NCBI GenBank assembly: GCA_947444925.1
Contig: CANFBW010000012.1
Location: 4,281 to 68,280, forward strand
Length of the DNA: 64,000 nt
Direction: 5' to 3'
Origin: Flavobacteriales bacterium
Lineage (GTDB): Bacteria > Bacteroidota > Bacteroidia > Flavobacteriales_C > GCA-002722245
Positions within the stretch are counted from its first letter, which is position 1. Every line of letters starts with the position of its first letter. Made by a program: the position numbers and the translations under genes. Under the pieces are notes generated by a model. It worked only from the letters and a program-made list of their open reading frames with translations. It did not search any database and was not told where the DNA came from. This document shows, piece by piece, positions 10,540 to 20,658 of the stretch.

Positions 10540-13500
10540 ATGAGCGAATCTTTTAAAACAACGTGCTGTTATTGTGGAGTAGGATGTGGAATTGTAGTTC
10601 ATAAAGATCGACAAGGAAAAATTTCCGTTGAAGGCGATAAAGACCATCCTGTCAACAAGGGCATGCTTTGTTCAAAAGGAATGAATTTGCATTATACTGT
10701 TGCAGATACGAGCGATAGATTGTTGCATCCCGAAATGCGTTACAGTAAAAATGCGCCGCGTCAAAGGGTTTCGTGGGATCAAGCATTGGAACGCACCGCG
10801 GCTGTTTTTAAAACCATTATCGATAAATATGGTCCTGATTCAGTTGCATTTTATGCTTCAGGACAATGCCTCACAGAAGAATATTACGTCATTAATAAAT
10901 TAATTAAAGGATATATAGGCAGCAACAATCTGGATACCAATTCAAGGTTGTGCATGAGCAGTGCCGTTGTAGGGTATAAATTGGCTTTGGGTGAAGACAG
11001 CGTGCCCTTGAGCTACGATGATTTAGAAATTGCCGATTGTATTTTTGTGGCAGGAGCCAATCCTGCTTGGTGTCATCCCATTATTTGGAGAAGAGTGGAG
11101 TTGGCGCGAGAGAAAAATCCGAACTTAAAAATTATAGTCAGTGATCCGCGCAAAACACAAACTTGTGCATATGCTGATGTTCATTTGCAGGTGAATCCGG
11201 GAACAGACATTACTTTACACCACGCCATTGGAAGATGTTTGATTGAAGATGGAAAAATCGATACTAATTTTATTTTAGATCACGCTGAAGGATTCGACAA
11301 GTACAGCGCCACCGTTATGGAACGCACGCTGGCTGAAGCTGCAGAGATTTGTGGTGTATCGGTAGAAAATATTCGTTTGGCTGCATCTTACATTGGAAAT
11401 GCCAAAGGATTTATCACCATGTGGACGATGGGCTTGAACCAAAGTGTGATTGGTGTAAATAAAAATTTAAGTTTAATCAACCTCAATTTAATTACAGGGC
11501 ACATTGGAAAACCAGGTTCTGGTCCGTTTTCATTAACAGGTCAGCCCAATGCGATGGGTGGACGTGAAGTTGGTGGAATGGCGAATTTATTGTCGGCACA
11601 CCGCAACTTAGCGGATCCTGCGCACCGTGCTGAAGTAGCTGCTTTTTGGGGTGTTCCAAGCGTTCCTGAAAAACCAGGATACACCGCCACTGAAATGTTT
11701 CAGGCCTTGAACGACGGTAAATTGAAAGCAGTGTGGATCGTATGCACCAATCCGCTCATCAGTTTACCCGATGTCCGCGTTGCGGAAGAAGGATTGAAAA
11801 AAGCCAAGTTTGTTGTCGTGCAAGATGTCTCCAATAAATTGGAAACTTTAAAATATGCCGACGTTGTTTTTCCGGCTGCAGCATGGACGGAGAAGGAAGG
11901 TACTATGACCAATGCAGAACGCCGTATTGGTCATTTAGCTAAAATGATAGATGCGCCAGGTGAAGCTTTGCCCGATTCAGAAATCATTTGTCGTTTCGCA
12001 AAAAAAATGAAATTTGCTGGGTTCGATTTTAAAAATGCTGCTGAAATTTACGACGAACATTGCGCTTCTACGGCTGGAACCAATATTGATATTTCAGGAT
12101 TGAGCTACGACATATTAAAGGAAAAAAGATCAGTGCAATGGCCTTATCCAAAAGGATCAACCGGGTTTGGAACCGCGCGTTTGTTTACCGATCAACAGTT
12201 TTTTACGCCATCAAAAAAAGCAATCATTCACAGTTTTTCCGATGAAAATCAGTCGGAAGCTTTGAGTGCCGATTTCCCGTTAGTGCTCACCAATGGTCGT
12301 ATTCGCGATCAATGGCACACAATGAGCAAAACTGGAAAAGTAAATAAGTTGAAACAACATATTTCGGAATCGTATGTTGAAATTCATCCTGAAGACGCAG
12401 CGGCGAGAGGTGTTGAAGAAAATACACTGGTAGATGTTGTTACAGTCAGAGGAAAAGTTAGGGTTAAAGCTAAGCTTTCGCTCGACATCAAAAGAGGCGT
12501 CGTGTTTATGCCAATGCATTGGGGGAAAGTGTTGACTAGCGATTTGAATCGCGTGAACAATCTCACCAATAATTTAGTGGATTCTCGATCAAAAGAACCC
12601 GATTTTAAATTCTCGGCTTCTCAAGTGTCGGTGTATAAAAAACACAAACAAAAAGTTATTGTAATTGGCGCTGGTGCCGGATCATACGGCTTTGTGAAAT
12701 CGTATAGAGAATTAAATAAAGAAGATGAAATAGTAATTTTCAGCAAAGAAAATTTCCCTTTTTACAACCGGGTGATGTTGCCCGATTACATCAGTGGTGC
12801 TCAAAAATGGGAACAGTTGGTGAAGATGAACGATGACGAAGAGAAATCACACAACATTACTTTACACCGTGGTGTTGGTGTTGACACCATTGATCGTCAA
12901 ATGAAAACCGTTACCGATAGTAAAGGTGATGTTCATCATTATGATGTTTTGCTGATGGCTACAGGCAGTAGAGCTGCGCTCTTAAGAGATATTCCGCCGA
13001 TGAAAGGAATTTTTTCGATGCGCAGTAAAGTAGATGCCGATGATTTTAAAAATCATGTTGATCCTGCCAAAGGAACTGTGGTGATATTGGGTGGTGGTTT
13101 ATTGGGAATTGAGTTGGCAGCATCTCTGCGAGAAGTAGGAGTTGAGGTGACGATAGTACAACGTATTTCGCGCTTGATGGATAGACAGTTGGATGCAATG
13201 GGCAGTCAATTGTTGTTTGAAGAGTTGCGCGACAAAGGCGTTGATTTTTATTTTAACGATGAAATTAGTAGATTCTTAGGTAGTGAAACGATAGAGGGTA
13301 TTGATTTGAAGAGCGGTTTAACTGTTCGCTGTCAAGCCATCGTCATCGCCATTGGTACTGTTCCAAATGTAGAAATTGCGAGAGCGGCAGGTATTGACGT
13401 TAAGCGAGGGGTAGTGGTAGATGAGTATTTGAAAACTTCGGATCCTAATATTTTTGCCATCGGTGAAATCGCCGAATTTAAAGGTTTCTTGTATGGCATT

Positions 13501-14049
13501 ACAGCCGCTGCTGAGCAACAGGCCGAAATTGTTGCACGCTATTTAAGTGGAGATATTTCAAAATATTACAGCGGTTCATTGCTGATGAATATTTTAAAAA
13601 TGCACGGCACAGATCTTTGTTCATTAGGTGATGTGGAGTGCCCCGATGATCCGGCATACGAAGAAGTGGTGTTTTTAGACAAGGCGAAACGCTATTATAA
13701 AAAATGCATCATTCACAACGACCGATTAATTGGAGCAATATTGATAGGTGATAAATCTGAGTTTTTAGAATTCCGTGAGTTGATTCAAAATAAAATGGAG
13801 TTGTCGGAAAAACGATTGAGCTTGCTGCGCTCAGGAAATAAGGTTGAACCTGTCGTTGGAAAATTGGTGTGCAGCTGTGGAAGTGTGGGTGAAGGAAATA
13901 TTGAAAATAAAGTAAAAGAAGGTTGTCATGATTTTAAAAAGCTTTGTCAATTGGCAGGAGCGGGCATGGGTTGTGGTAGCTGTAAGCCTGAAGTGCAGGC
14001 TATTTTTGATAGGGCAATGACAGAAATAACAGTGGAAGAAACGGTATAA
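10540..14049 (+). CDS. nasA: Assimilatory nitrate reductase (Mo-bisPGD) fused to a C-terminal FAD/NAD(P)H oxidoreductase and a BFD-like [2Fe-2S] domain
   Basis: CCYCGVGC...CSKG, NSRLCMSSA and GQPNAMGGRE, followed by GAGAGS, GGGLLGIE and CSC...GCGSC. Confidence 0.88.
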   Translation: MSESFKTTCCYCGVGCGIVVHKDRQGKISVEGDKDHPVNKGMLCSKGMNLHYTVADTSDRLLHPEMRYSKNAPRQRVSWDQALERTAAVFKTIIDKYGPDSVAFYASGQCLTEEYYVINKLIKGYIGSNNLDTNSRLCMSSAVVGYKLALGEDSVPLSYDDLEIADCIFVAGANPAWCHPIIWRRVELAREKNPNLKIIVSDPRKTQTCAYADVHLQVNPGTDITLHHAIGRCLIEDGKIDTNFILDHAEGFDKYSATVMERTLAEAAEICGVSVENIRLAASYIGNAKGFITMWTMGLNQSVIGVNKNLSLINLNLITGHIGKPGSGPFSLTGQPNAMGGREVGGMANLLSAHRNLADPAHRAEVAAFWGVPSVPEKPGYTATEMFQALNDGKLKAVWIVCTNPLISLPDVRVAEEGLKKAKFVVVQDVSNKLETLKYADVVFPAAAWTEKEGTMTNAERRIGHLAKMIDAPGEALPDSEIICRFAKKMKFAGFDFKNAAEIYDEHCASTAGTNIDISGLSYDILKEKRSVQWPYPKGSTGFGTARLFTDQQFFTPSKKAIIHSFSDENQSEALSADFPLVLTNGRIRDQWHTMSKTGKVNKLKQHISESYVEIHPEDAAARGVEENTLVDVVTVRGKVRVKAKLSLDIKRGVVFMPMHWGKVLTSDLNRVNNLTNNLVDSRSKEPDFKFSASQVSVYKKHKQKVIVIGAGAGSYGFVKSYRELNKEDEIVIFSKENFPFYNRVMLPDYISGAQKWEQLVKMNDDEEKSHNITLHRGVGVDTIDRQMKTVTDSKGDVHHYDVLLMATGSRAALLRDIPPMKGIFSMRSKVDADDFKNHVDPAKGTVVILGGGLLGIELAASLREVGVEVTIVQRISRLMDRQLDAMGSQLLFEELRDKGVDFYFNDEISRFLGSETIEGIDLKSGLTVRCQAIVIAIGTVPNVEIARAAGIDVKRGVVVDEYLKTSDPNIFAIGEIAEFKGFLYGITAAAEQQAEIVARYLSGDISKYYSGSLLMNILKMHGTDLCSLGDVECPDDPAYEEVVFLDKAKRYYKKCIIHNDRLIGAILIGDKSEFLEFRELIQNKMELSEKRLSLLRSGNKVEPVVGKLVCSCGSVGEGNIENKVKEGCHDFKKLCQLAGAGMGCGSCKPEVQAIFDRAMTEITVEETV

Positions 14050-14053
14050 TAAA

Positions 14054-15547
14054 ATGGTAAAAAAAGGATTCATAAAAGTAAATTTTCTAGGAGGAATTAT
14101 TTCTCCGGGTTCTTTGAAAAAGATTTTGCTTGCCGCTCAAAAAGGCAGAATTTCTCACGTTAGTTTTGGCTTGCGTCAGCAACTGATCATGGAAACTGGG
14201 GTAGATAATTATTTTGATTTGAGAAATACTTTGCAAGATTTAAATCTTCCATTTGAAGAAAATGAAGTGCGCTTTCCCAATATTGTCAGCTCGTACCCAG
14301 CCGTCGAAGCATTTATAAATAAAACGTGGTTGAGTGAAGGTGTTTACAAAGATATTTTTGATTTGCTAGACTACATTCCAAAATTGAAAATTAACATCTC
14401 TGATAGTAATCAAAGTTTTACACCCTTGTACACCGGTAACATCAATTGGGTGGCTTCCAGTAGTATGCATTTTTGGCATGTTTTTGTGCGCTTTCCCAAA
14501 ACAAATGTTATTTACGAATGGCCAGAAACGGTGTACACGAATGATGTTGTGGCAGTGTCAAAAAAATTAGAAGAAATTATATTTGACAAAGCATCGTTGT
14601 TTGTGAAGAACGATGAAGCGAGTGGTGAATTGCTTTTTAAAATGTTGATGGAAACCGGGCATTACAATACCAAACCATCGGAGACAATGGTGCAGCCCTT
14701 GGAGTTTCGATTGCCGTATTACGAAGGATTCAATCGCTACAACAACAATTTCTTTTGGTTGGGAATATACCGTCGCGATGAATTGTTCGATATTGATTTC
14801 TTGTTGGAGATATGTGATTTGTGTTTGCATACAAAAGTTGGTCAGTTGTGTTCAACACCTTGGAAATCGCTGATGATTAAAGGTATTGAAGACAAGGATA
14901 GAGCGCTGTGGGATGTGATTTTAGCAAAGTATTTGATCAACGTTCGACATGCTGCAAATGAATTGAATTTTCAAGTGGAGGATTTTAGTGCCAATGCATT
15001 AAAGCTGAAACAATACATTGTGAAGCATTTTAGCAAAGATGACATTAGAACTTTTGCTATCTGCTTTGGAATTAAAATACAAACCAAGAGTGAGATTTTT
15101 TCAAGTATTTTGATTAAAAGAAAAGCCTTACTCAAACTTGGACAGCGCGAGTTTTTCTTCGTGTACGATATATTGTGCGCGCAAGATTTTAATCCGAATG
15201 AAAGAACAGGTTATGTGTTTCGGAAAAATATTTTAAAAATGTTTTTGCCTAGAGAATTGAAAAAAGCAGCGCAAGAGTTTTATCAATTTAAAGCCAAAAA
15301 TTCCGATGAAATAGTTTTTGCACCAAAAAAAGAAAAGGAAGTGGAGGAAACAATTGTTGTATTAGTGCATCAATGTCCTAATTGCTTATCAGTATATGAT
15401 GCAAGTGTTGGGGATGCTGAGAGCGACGTAGAAATAGGTGTTTCGTTTGCTTTGTTGCCAGTTAATTATTGCTGTGCTTTATGTGGAACAGAAAAAAACT
15501 ACTTTAAGGAAATATCAAAATCGAGTCTTGGAGTGCACATAAGTTAA
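14054..15547 (+). CDS. Uncharacterised protein with nitrite/sulfite reductase ferredoxin-like half-domains and a C-terminal rubredoxin domain
   Basis: N-terminal GGIISPGSL resembles the NirB GGEITPDKL segment; C-terminal CPNC...YD...GD...LP...CALC rubredoxin pattern. Confidence 0.7.
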   Translation: MVKKGFIKVNFLGGIISPGSLKKILLAAQKGRISHVSFGLRQQLIMETGVDNYFDLRNTLQDLNLPFEENEVRFPNIVSSYPAVEAFINKTWLSEGVYKDIFDLLDYIPKLKINISDSNQSFTPLYTGNINWVASSSMHFWHVFVRFPKTNVIYEWPETVYTNDVVAVSKKLEEIIFDKASLFVKNDEASGELLFKMLMETGHYNTKPSETMVQPLEFRLPYYEGFNRYNNNFFWLGIYRRDELFDIDFLLEICDLCLHTKVGQLCSTPWKSLMIKGIEDKDRALWDVILAKYLINVRHAANELNFQVEDFSANALKLKQYIVKHFSKDDIRTFAICFGIKIQTKSEIFSSILIKRKALLKLGQREFFFVYDILCAQDFNPNERTGYVFRKNILKMFLPRELKKAAQEFYQFKAKNSDEIVFAPKKEKEVEETIVVLVHQCPNCLSVYDASVGDAESDVEIGVSFALLPVNYCCALCGTEKNYFKEISKSSLGVHIS

Positions 15548-15584
15548 TTATGAATTGTAAATTACACTTCTATAAACCATTTGA

Positions 15585-16565
15585 ATGCTGATAGACAACC
15601 ATCATAGAGTTCACAATTATTTGCGAGTATCACTCACGAACAACTGTAACTTGAGATGCTTCTACTGCATGCCCAACGAAGAGCTGCCTTATACTCCCCC
15701 CGCTAGTTTGATGCAGGTGGATGAAATTGAGGTTATCGCCAAAACATTTGTTGATTTGGGAGTTACTAAAATTAGGCTGACTGGAGGCGAACCTCTGGTG
15801 CGCAAAGATGCGGCCGAAATTATAGAGCGTTTGTCAAAATATCCTGTGGAATTAACGATTACGACCAATGCTGTGCGTTTGCACGATTTTTTCGATTTGT
15901 TCATTAAGACAGGAATACGATCGCTAAATATTAGTTTAGATACCTTGCAGTCTCAAAGATTTAAGGACATCACAAAAAGAGATAATTTTCAATTGGTGTA
16001 TGATAATTTGCTGCGTGCGGTAGAATTGGGATTCTCTGTAAAAGTAAATGTAGTGACCATGAAAGGCGTCAATGACGACGAGATTTTGCAATTTGTGGAG
16101 CTTACCAAAAACCTGCGTTTGCATATCCGATTTATAGAATTCATGCCCTTTAGCGGCAATCAATGGAAGAATGAAAATGTAATAGGTTGGCAGGAAATAT
16201 TGAAAATTGTTGGTGATGCTTACGACATGGTTCCGCTTGTTCGCAACGCGCACGACACTGCAAAAAAATACAAAGTTATTGGGCACGAAGGTACATTTGC
16301 CGTGATCAGTACGATGACTTCTCCATTCTGCGGCGACTGCAATCGCATGCGTTTGACGGCCGATGGTAAAATGAAAAACTGTTTGTTTTCAAAAGGTGAA
16401 AACGATTTGCTTGCTGCTTTGCGTCGTGGTGATGATATTCAACCGTTGATTCTACAAAACATTAAAAGTAAAGCGGCTGAGCGTGGTGGTCAAATCACAA
16501 AAGATTTTAAAACAGCAGATGCTTTCACAATGGAAAATCGAAGCATGATAAATATAGGAGGATAG
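15585..16565 (+). CDS. moaA: GTP 3',8-cyclase (radical SAM)
   Basis: CNLRCFYC, TGGEP, C-terminal CGDCNR...CLF and terminal IGG. Confidence 0.95.
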   Translation: MLIDNHHRVHNYLRVSLTNNCNLRCFYCMPNEELPYTPPASLMQVDEIEVIAKTFVDLGVTKIRLTGGEPLVRKDAAEIIERLSKYPVELTITTNAVRLHDFFDLFIKTGIRSLNISLDTLQSQRFKDITKRDNFQLVYDNLLRAVELGFSVKVNVVTMKGVNDDEILQFVELTKNLRLHIRFIEFMPFSGNQWKNENVIGWQEILKIVGDAYDMVPLVRNAHDTAKKYKVIGHEGTFAVISTMTSPFCGDCNRMRLTADGKMKNCLFSKGENDLLAALRRGDDIQPLILQNIKSKAAERGGQITKDFKTADAFTMENRSMINIGG

Positions 16566-17750
16566 ATGATTGATGTAAAAACAGCCCGAGATTTAATTCA
16601 GCAGCATACACAAGCTTTACCAGCTGTTCGTATGGCATTGCATGAAAGTTTAGGCTTTGTTTTGGCTGAAGATGTTGTGGCGCCAATTCATACACCCCCT
16701 TTTGATCAATCGGCGATGGATGGTTATGCTTTTTGCTTTGCCGATTGGCAAGAGGGAAAAGCATTGCGTGTTGCTGGAATCGTTGCTGCTGGTGACAGCG
16801 GAGAAAGTGCCTTGGTGCATGGCACTGCATGCCGAATCTTCACAGGTGCTCCTGTTCCTTGTGGCGCCGATACTGTGGTGATGCAAGAAAAAGTAACCTT
16901 AAGCGAAAATGGTTTACTGATTTTAGATCAAGCAATTCAAAAGGCGGCCAATGTTCGTCCTTTGGGTTCTGAAACAAATAAAGGTGATGTTGCGATGCTT
17001 AGCCATACGCAATTGACACCTGCTGCAATTGGCTATTTGGCTAATTTAGGAATAACAGAACTTCTTGTTTTTGCACATCCACGCATCAGTATTATTATTA
17101 CTGGTAAAGAGCTGAGTCAGCCGGGAGATTTTTTGTTGCCAGGAAAAGTATATGAAAGTAATTCTTTTAGTCTTAGTGCGGCATTGCAGCAGCAACAACT
17201 TGATCGACCAACTATTTTATTTGTAGACGACGACAAAGACGCTACAAAATTGATCATTGAGAAAGCACTTATGGAATGCGATTTATTGCTGTTAACTGGA
17301 GGGATTTCTGTTGGTGATTACGACTATGTTGGCGAATCTTTGTTGGCGTGTGGTGTAGAACAAGTCTTTCATAAAATAAAACAAAAGCCTGGAAAACCTT
17401 TGTATTTTGGTAAAAAAGGAAATCTCCCTGTTTTTGCCTTGCCTGGAAATCCCGCTGCTGTGCTTACTTGCTTTTATGAATATGTATTGCCTTGCATCAA
17501 ATTGTTGCAAGGAAATACGAATGCTCCTTTGACTTTGTATTTGCCATTGTTAAAGGCCTACCACAAGAAAAAAGGACTCACTCATTTCTTAAAAGGAAGG
17601 GTGGAAGGTCGGGGCGTTTTGCCTCTGTCTGCGCAAGAGTCCTATAAATTGAATTCGTTTTCATTGGCCAACAGCATCATTGAACTGGATGAAGAAAAGG
17701 AAAATTTTATGGAAGGCGAATTGGTTAAAGTTAGTATGATATGGAATTAA
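16566..17750 (+). CDS. moeA: Molybdopterin molybdotransferase
   Basis: SAMDGYA, IFTGAPVP, TGGISVGDYD, KPGKP and LPGNP motifs. Confidence 0.93.
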   Translation: MIDVKTARDLIQQHTQALPAVRMALHESLGFVLAEDVVAPIHTPPFDQSAMDGYAFCFADWQEGKALRVAGIVAAGDSGESALVHGTACRIFTGAPVPCGADTVVMQEKVTLSENGLLILDQAIQKAANVRPLGSETNKGDVAMLSHTQLTPAAIGYLANLGITELLVFAHPRISIIITGKELSQPGDFLLPGKVYESNSFSLSAALQQQQLDRPTILFVDDDKDATKLIIEKALMECDLLLLTGGISVGDYDYVGESLLACGVEQVFHKIKQKPGKPLYFGKKGNLPVFALPGNPAAVLTCFYEYVLPCIKLLQGNTNAPLTLYLPLLKAYHKKKGLTHFLKGRVEGRGVLPLSAQESYKLNSFSLANSIIELDEEKENFMEGELVKVSMIWN

Positions 17751-18472
17751 ATATTTTGTTTTTTGTGTTGCTGTTGCTTGTCGCGTTTTTGTACTCCTCG
17801 GTGGGGCATGGCGGTGCCAGTGGCTATTTAGCATTAATGGCATTGTTTAGTTTTAGTCCCGACGTGATGAAGCCTACAGCGCTGCTGCTAAATGTTTTTG
17901 TGTCGGCCATTGCTTTTTTTCAATTTTACAGAGCCAAGCATTTCAATTGGAAAATGTTTGCTCCATTAGCGATCACCTCTATTCCTGCTGCTTTTATAGG
18001 TGGTTTGATGGTGATAGAGGGCAGCGTGTACAAGCAGATTTTAGGAGTGCTGCTTCTTTTGCCAGTGCTTCGTTTTGTTTTTTTTAGCAAGATCAACGTT
18101 GAATATAAAAAACCGTTTTCGGTAAAAGGATTGTTGCTTTTAGGAGGGAGTATTGGTTTGCTTTCAGGCATGATAGGAATTGGTGGAGGGATTATTTTGT
18201 CGCCAATATTGTTGCTGTTGCATTGGTCTGATCAAAAACAAACTGCGGCCATTAGTGCCTTGTTTATTTTTGTGAATTCGTTCGCAGGTTTAAGTGGCCA
18301 AATTGCAAAAGGAATTTCATTCAGCGCTGAAATGTATGCTTTTGTTGGTGTGGCGGTGATTGGTGGAGTGATGGGGGCTTATTTAGGCGCCATGCGTTTT
18401 GATCAAAAAATATTGATGCGTATTTTAGCGAGCGTGTTATTGATTGCATCTGTAAAATTGCTATTGGTATGA
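17741..18472 (+). CDS. TauE/SafE (TSUP) family membrane transporter
   Basis: Hydrophobic protein with duplicated glycine-rich motifs VGHGGASG and GIGGGIIL. Confidence 0.8.
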   Translation: MELNILFFVLLLLVAFLYSSVGHGGASGYLALMALFSFSPDVMKPTALLLNVFVSAIAFFQFYRAKHFNWKMFAPLAITSIPAAFIGGLMVIEGSVYKQILGVLLLLPVLRFVFFSKINVEYKKPFSVKGLLLLGGSIGLLSGMIGIGGGIILSPILLLLHWSDQKQTAAISALFIFVNSFAGLSGQIAKGISFSAEMYAFVGVAVIGGVMGAYLGAMRFDQKILMRILASVLLIASVKLLLV

Positions 18473-18708
18473 GTTCTTCAATTAATATAATTGCCTTCGG
18501 TAGAATTGCTGAAATCATAGGAACTTCATCTCGTAGTTTTCCACATGTAGCAACAACAAATGAGTTAAAGGAATTTTTAAATGTGAAATTTCCTGAATTG
18601 AAAAAAGTGAAATACGCTATTGCGCTAAATAAGAAATTAATTACTACAGATGCTGCTATTGAAGTATCTGCAAACATTGCTTTATTGCCACCGTTTTCGG
18701 GAGGATAG
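18469..18708 (+). CDS. moaD: Molybdopterin synthase sulfur carrier
   Basis: 79 aa ubiquitin-like protein ending LLPPFSGG. Confidence 0.9.
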   Translation: MSSSINIIAFGRIAEIIGTSSRSFPHVATTNELKEFLNVKFPELKKVKYAIALNKKLITTDAAIEVSANIALLPPFSGG

Positions 18709-18713
18709 CTATT

Positions 18714-19160
18714 ATGGAAAAAAAGAAAGTTAAAAATATTTTTGTTGAAGGACCTATCTCCGCCGCATTCATTGGGGAGTCGATAGCCAAGCACAGCAGC
18801 AATACGAATATTGGTGCGCACAGTATTTTTTTAGGTCAAGTGCGTAGTGATGTACTGGGTGAAAATGTGGTTCAATCTATTGAATACACCACTTATGCAG
18901 ATATGGCATTGGAGAAGATGGCGGAAATTCGCGAAGAGATTTTTGCCAAACATGCGCTTACTTGTATGCACATTCACCATAGTTTGGGAATTATTTCTGC
19001 AGGAGAAATTTGCCTGTTTGTATTTACTTCTTCAAAACGAAGAAGAGCTGCAGTGGACGCCTGCACGGAAGTAGTCGAAAGAATAAAAAATGAACTGCCT
19101 GTTTGGGGAAAAGAAATTTTTGCCGACAAAACCCACCAATGGAAAGAAAATACATTATGA
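18714..19160 (+). CDS. moaE: Molybdopterin synthase catalytic subunit
   Basis: FLGQVR, HSLG and PVWGKE motifs within a Moco gene cluster. Confidence 0.9.
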   Translation: MEKKKVKNIFVEGPISAAFIGESIAKHSSNTNIGAHSIFLGQVRSDVLGENVVQSIEYTTYADMALEKMAEIREEIFAKHALTCMHIHHSLGIISAGEICLFVFTSSKRRRAAVDACTEVVERIKNELPVWGKEIFADKTHQWKENTL

Positions 19161-20071
19161 ATGACATTACCTTTAAAATAAGTAGTTTAAGAAAAGCCAC
19201 TGCTACTGCCATTGTTAGGGTTTCAAAACCCGAAACCATTGAAGCGGTGAAAAACAAGATGGTTCCGAAGGGTGATGTTTTTGAATTTTCACGAGCTGCC
19301 GGTTTGCTGGGGATTAAAAAAACCAGTGATTTAATTCCCGACTGTCATCCGCTTCCCATTGAGTTTGCAAAAATTCAACACAGTGTGGATGGTCTGAATA
19401 TTGTCATTACAGTGGAAGTGCACACTATTTACAAAACGGGAGTAGAAGTGGAGGCGATGCACGGAGCATCAATAGTAGCGCTTACGATATATGATATGCT
19501 GAAGCCTATTGATAAAGGAGTTGAAATTCAAAACATTAAATTACTGCATAAAAAAGGAGGGAAATCGGATTTTGCCGATCGACCAATGAAGACTTTGAAA
19601 ACAGCAGTGATTGTTTGTTCCGACAGTATTTCGGCGGGGAGCAAGCAGGATTTCGCAGGAAAAGCAGTGATTGAGCGCTTGCAAAAAAACAATATCCATG
19701 GTGTTGCCTACGAAATCATTCCTGATGAAGAAATTGAAATTCAAAGTAAAGTGAAACAGCTGTGCGCGGCTAATTTTGATTTAATTTTATTTTGTGGTGG
19801 AACAGGTCTGTCGCCGCGCGATGTTACACCTGAAGCCATTAAGCCATTGATAGAACGCGATATTCCGGGGATTATGGAAGCAGCAAGATCTTATGGTCAG
19901 GATAGAACACCGTATGCGATGCTCTCTCGAGGGGTAGCTGGTTTTATTGGTGCTTCGTTGATTATCACGTTGCCAGGTTCCACCAAAGGTGCTGCAGAAA
20001 CGATGGATGCATTGTTTCCTGCAGTGTTGCATATTTTTAAAGTTGCTGAAGGTGCAAGACATGATCAATAA
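19157..20071 (+). CDS. moaCB: Bifunctional MoaC/MoaB(MogA) protein
   Basis: LIPDCHPL, TGVEVEAM and YDMLKPIDK (MoaC), then GGTGLSPRDVTPEA and LPGS (MoaB). The ATG at 19157 overlaps the moaE stop. Confidence 0.9.
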   Translation: MNDITFKISSLRKATATAIVRVSKPETIEAVKNKMVPKGDVFEFSRAAGLLGIKKTSDLIPDCHPLPIEFAKIQHSVDGLNIVITVEVHTIYKTGVEVEAMHGASIVALTIYDMLKPIDKGVEIQNIKLLHKKGGKSDFADRPMKTLKTAVIVCSDSISAGSKQDFAGKAVIERLQKNNIHGVAYEIIPDEEIEIQSKVKQLCAANFDLILFCGGTGLSPRDVTPEAIKPLIERDIPGIMEAARSYGQDRTPYAMLSRGVAGFIGASLIITLPGSTKGAAETMDALFPAVLHIFKVAEGARHDQ

Positions 20072-20651
20072 AACAAATATATTGGGTTTGGTGCTGTGTG
20101 GCGGGCAAAGCACGCGCATGGGAAAAGACAAAGGTATGCTCAAAAAAGGAGACCGCACTTGGGCTGAAATTGCTCGCGAAAAATTATTGGCCTTGAAGAT
20201 ACCTGCCGTTGTGTCGGTGAACGATGATCAAGTGGATGAATACGAAAAGGTGTTTTCTATTTCTGATTTGGTGATTGACGAAGAGTTTGAAGTAGGTGGA
20301 CCTTTGCTTGGTTTACTGAGTGCGCACCATCGCTTTCCCGACAAAGATATTTTTGTATTGGCATGTGATATCGTAGAAATGAAAACCGAAGTGATGGAGC
20401 ATTTAGTAGATCGATATGCAGCGCCAGCGACAGTTTTTAAAAATGAATATTTTGCTGAACCACTTTGCGGAATATATTCGCACGAGGCCTTGGCTATTGT
20501 TTTGGAAGCACTCCAAAATTACGAATTGAGAAGCCACAGCATGATGAATATTTTGAAGTTGATTTCGGCAAATACTATAGAAATCGATAAAAGTTGGTAC
20601 CAACTTTTCAATAATTTCAATACGCCCATAGAAGTAAAAGGAATAATATAG
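20061..20651 (+). CDS. mobA: Molybdenum cofactor guanylyltransferase
   Basis: LCGGQSTRMGKDK, GGPLLG, ACD and FNNFNTP motifs; ATG at 20061. Confidence 0.88.
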   Translation: MINKTNILGLVLCGGQSTRMGKDKGMLKKGDRTWAEIAREKLLALKIPAVVSVNDDQVDEYEKVFSISDLVIDEEFEVGGPLLGLLSAHHRFPDKDIFVLACDIVEMKTEVMEHLVDRYAAPATVFKNEYFAEPLCGIYSHEALAIVLEALQNYELRSHSMMNILKLISANTIEIDKSWYQLFNNFNTPIEVKGII

Positions 20652-20658
20652 TAAAGGA

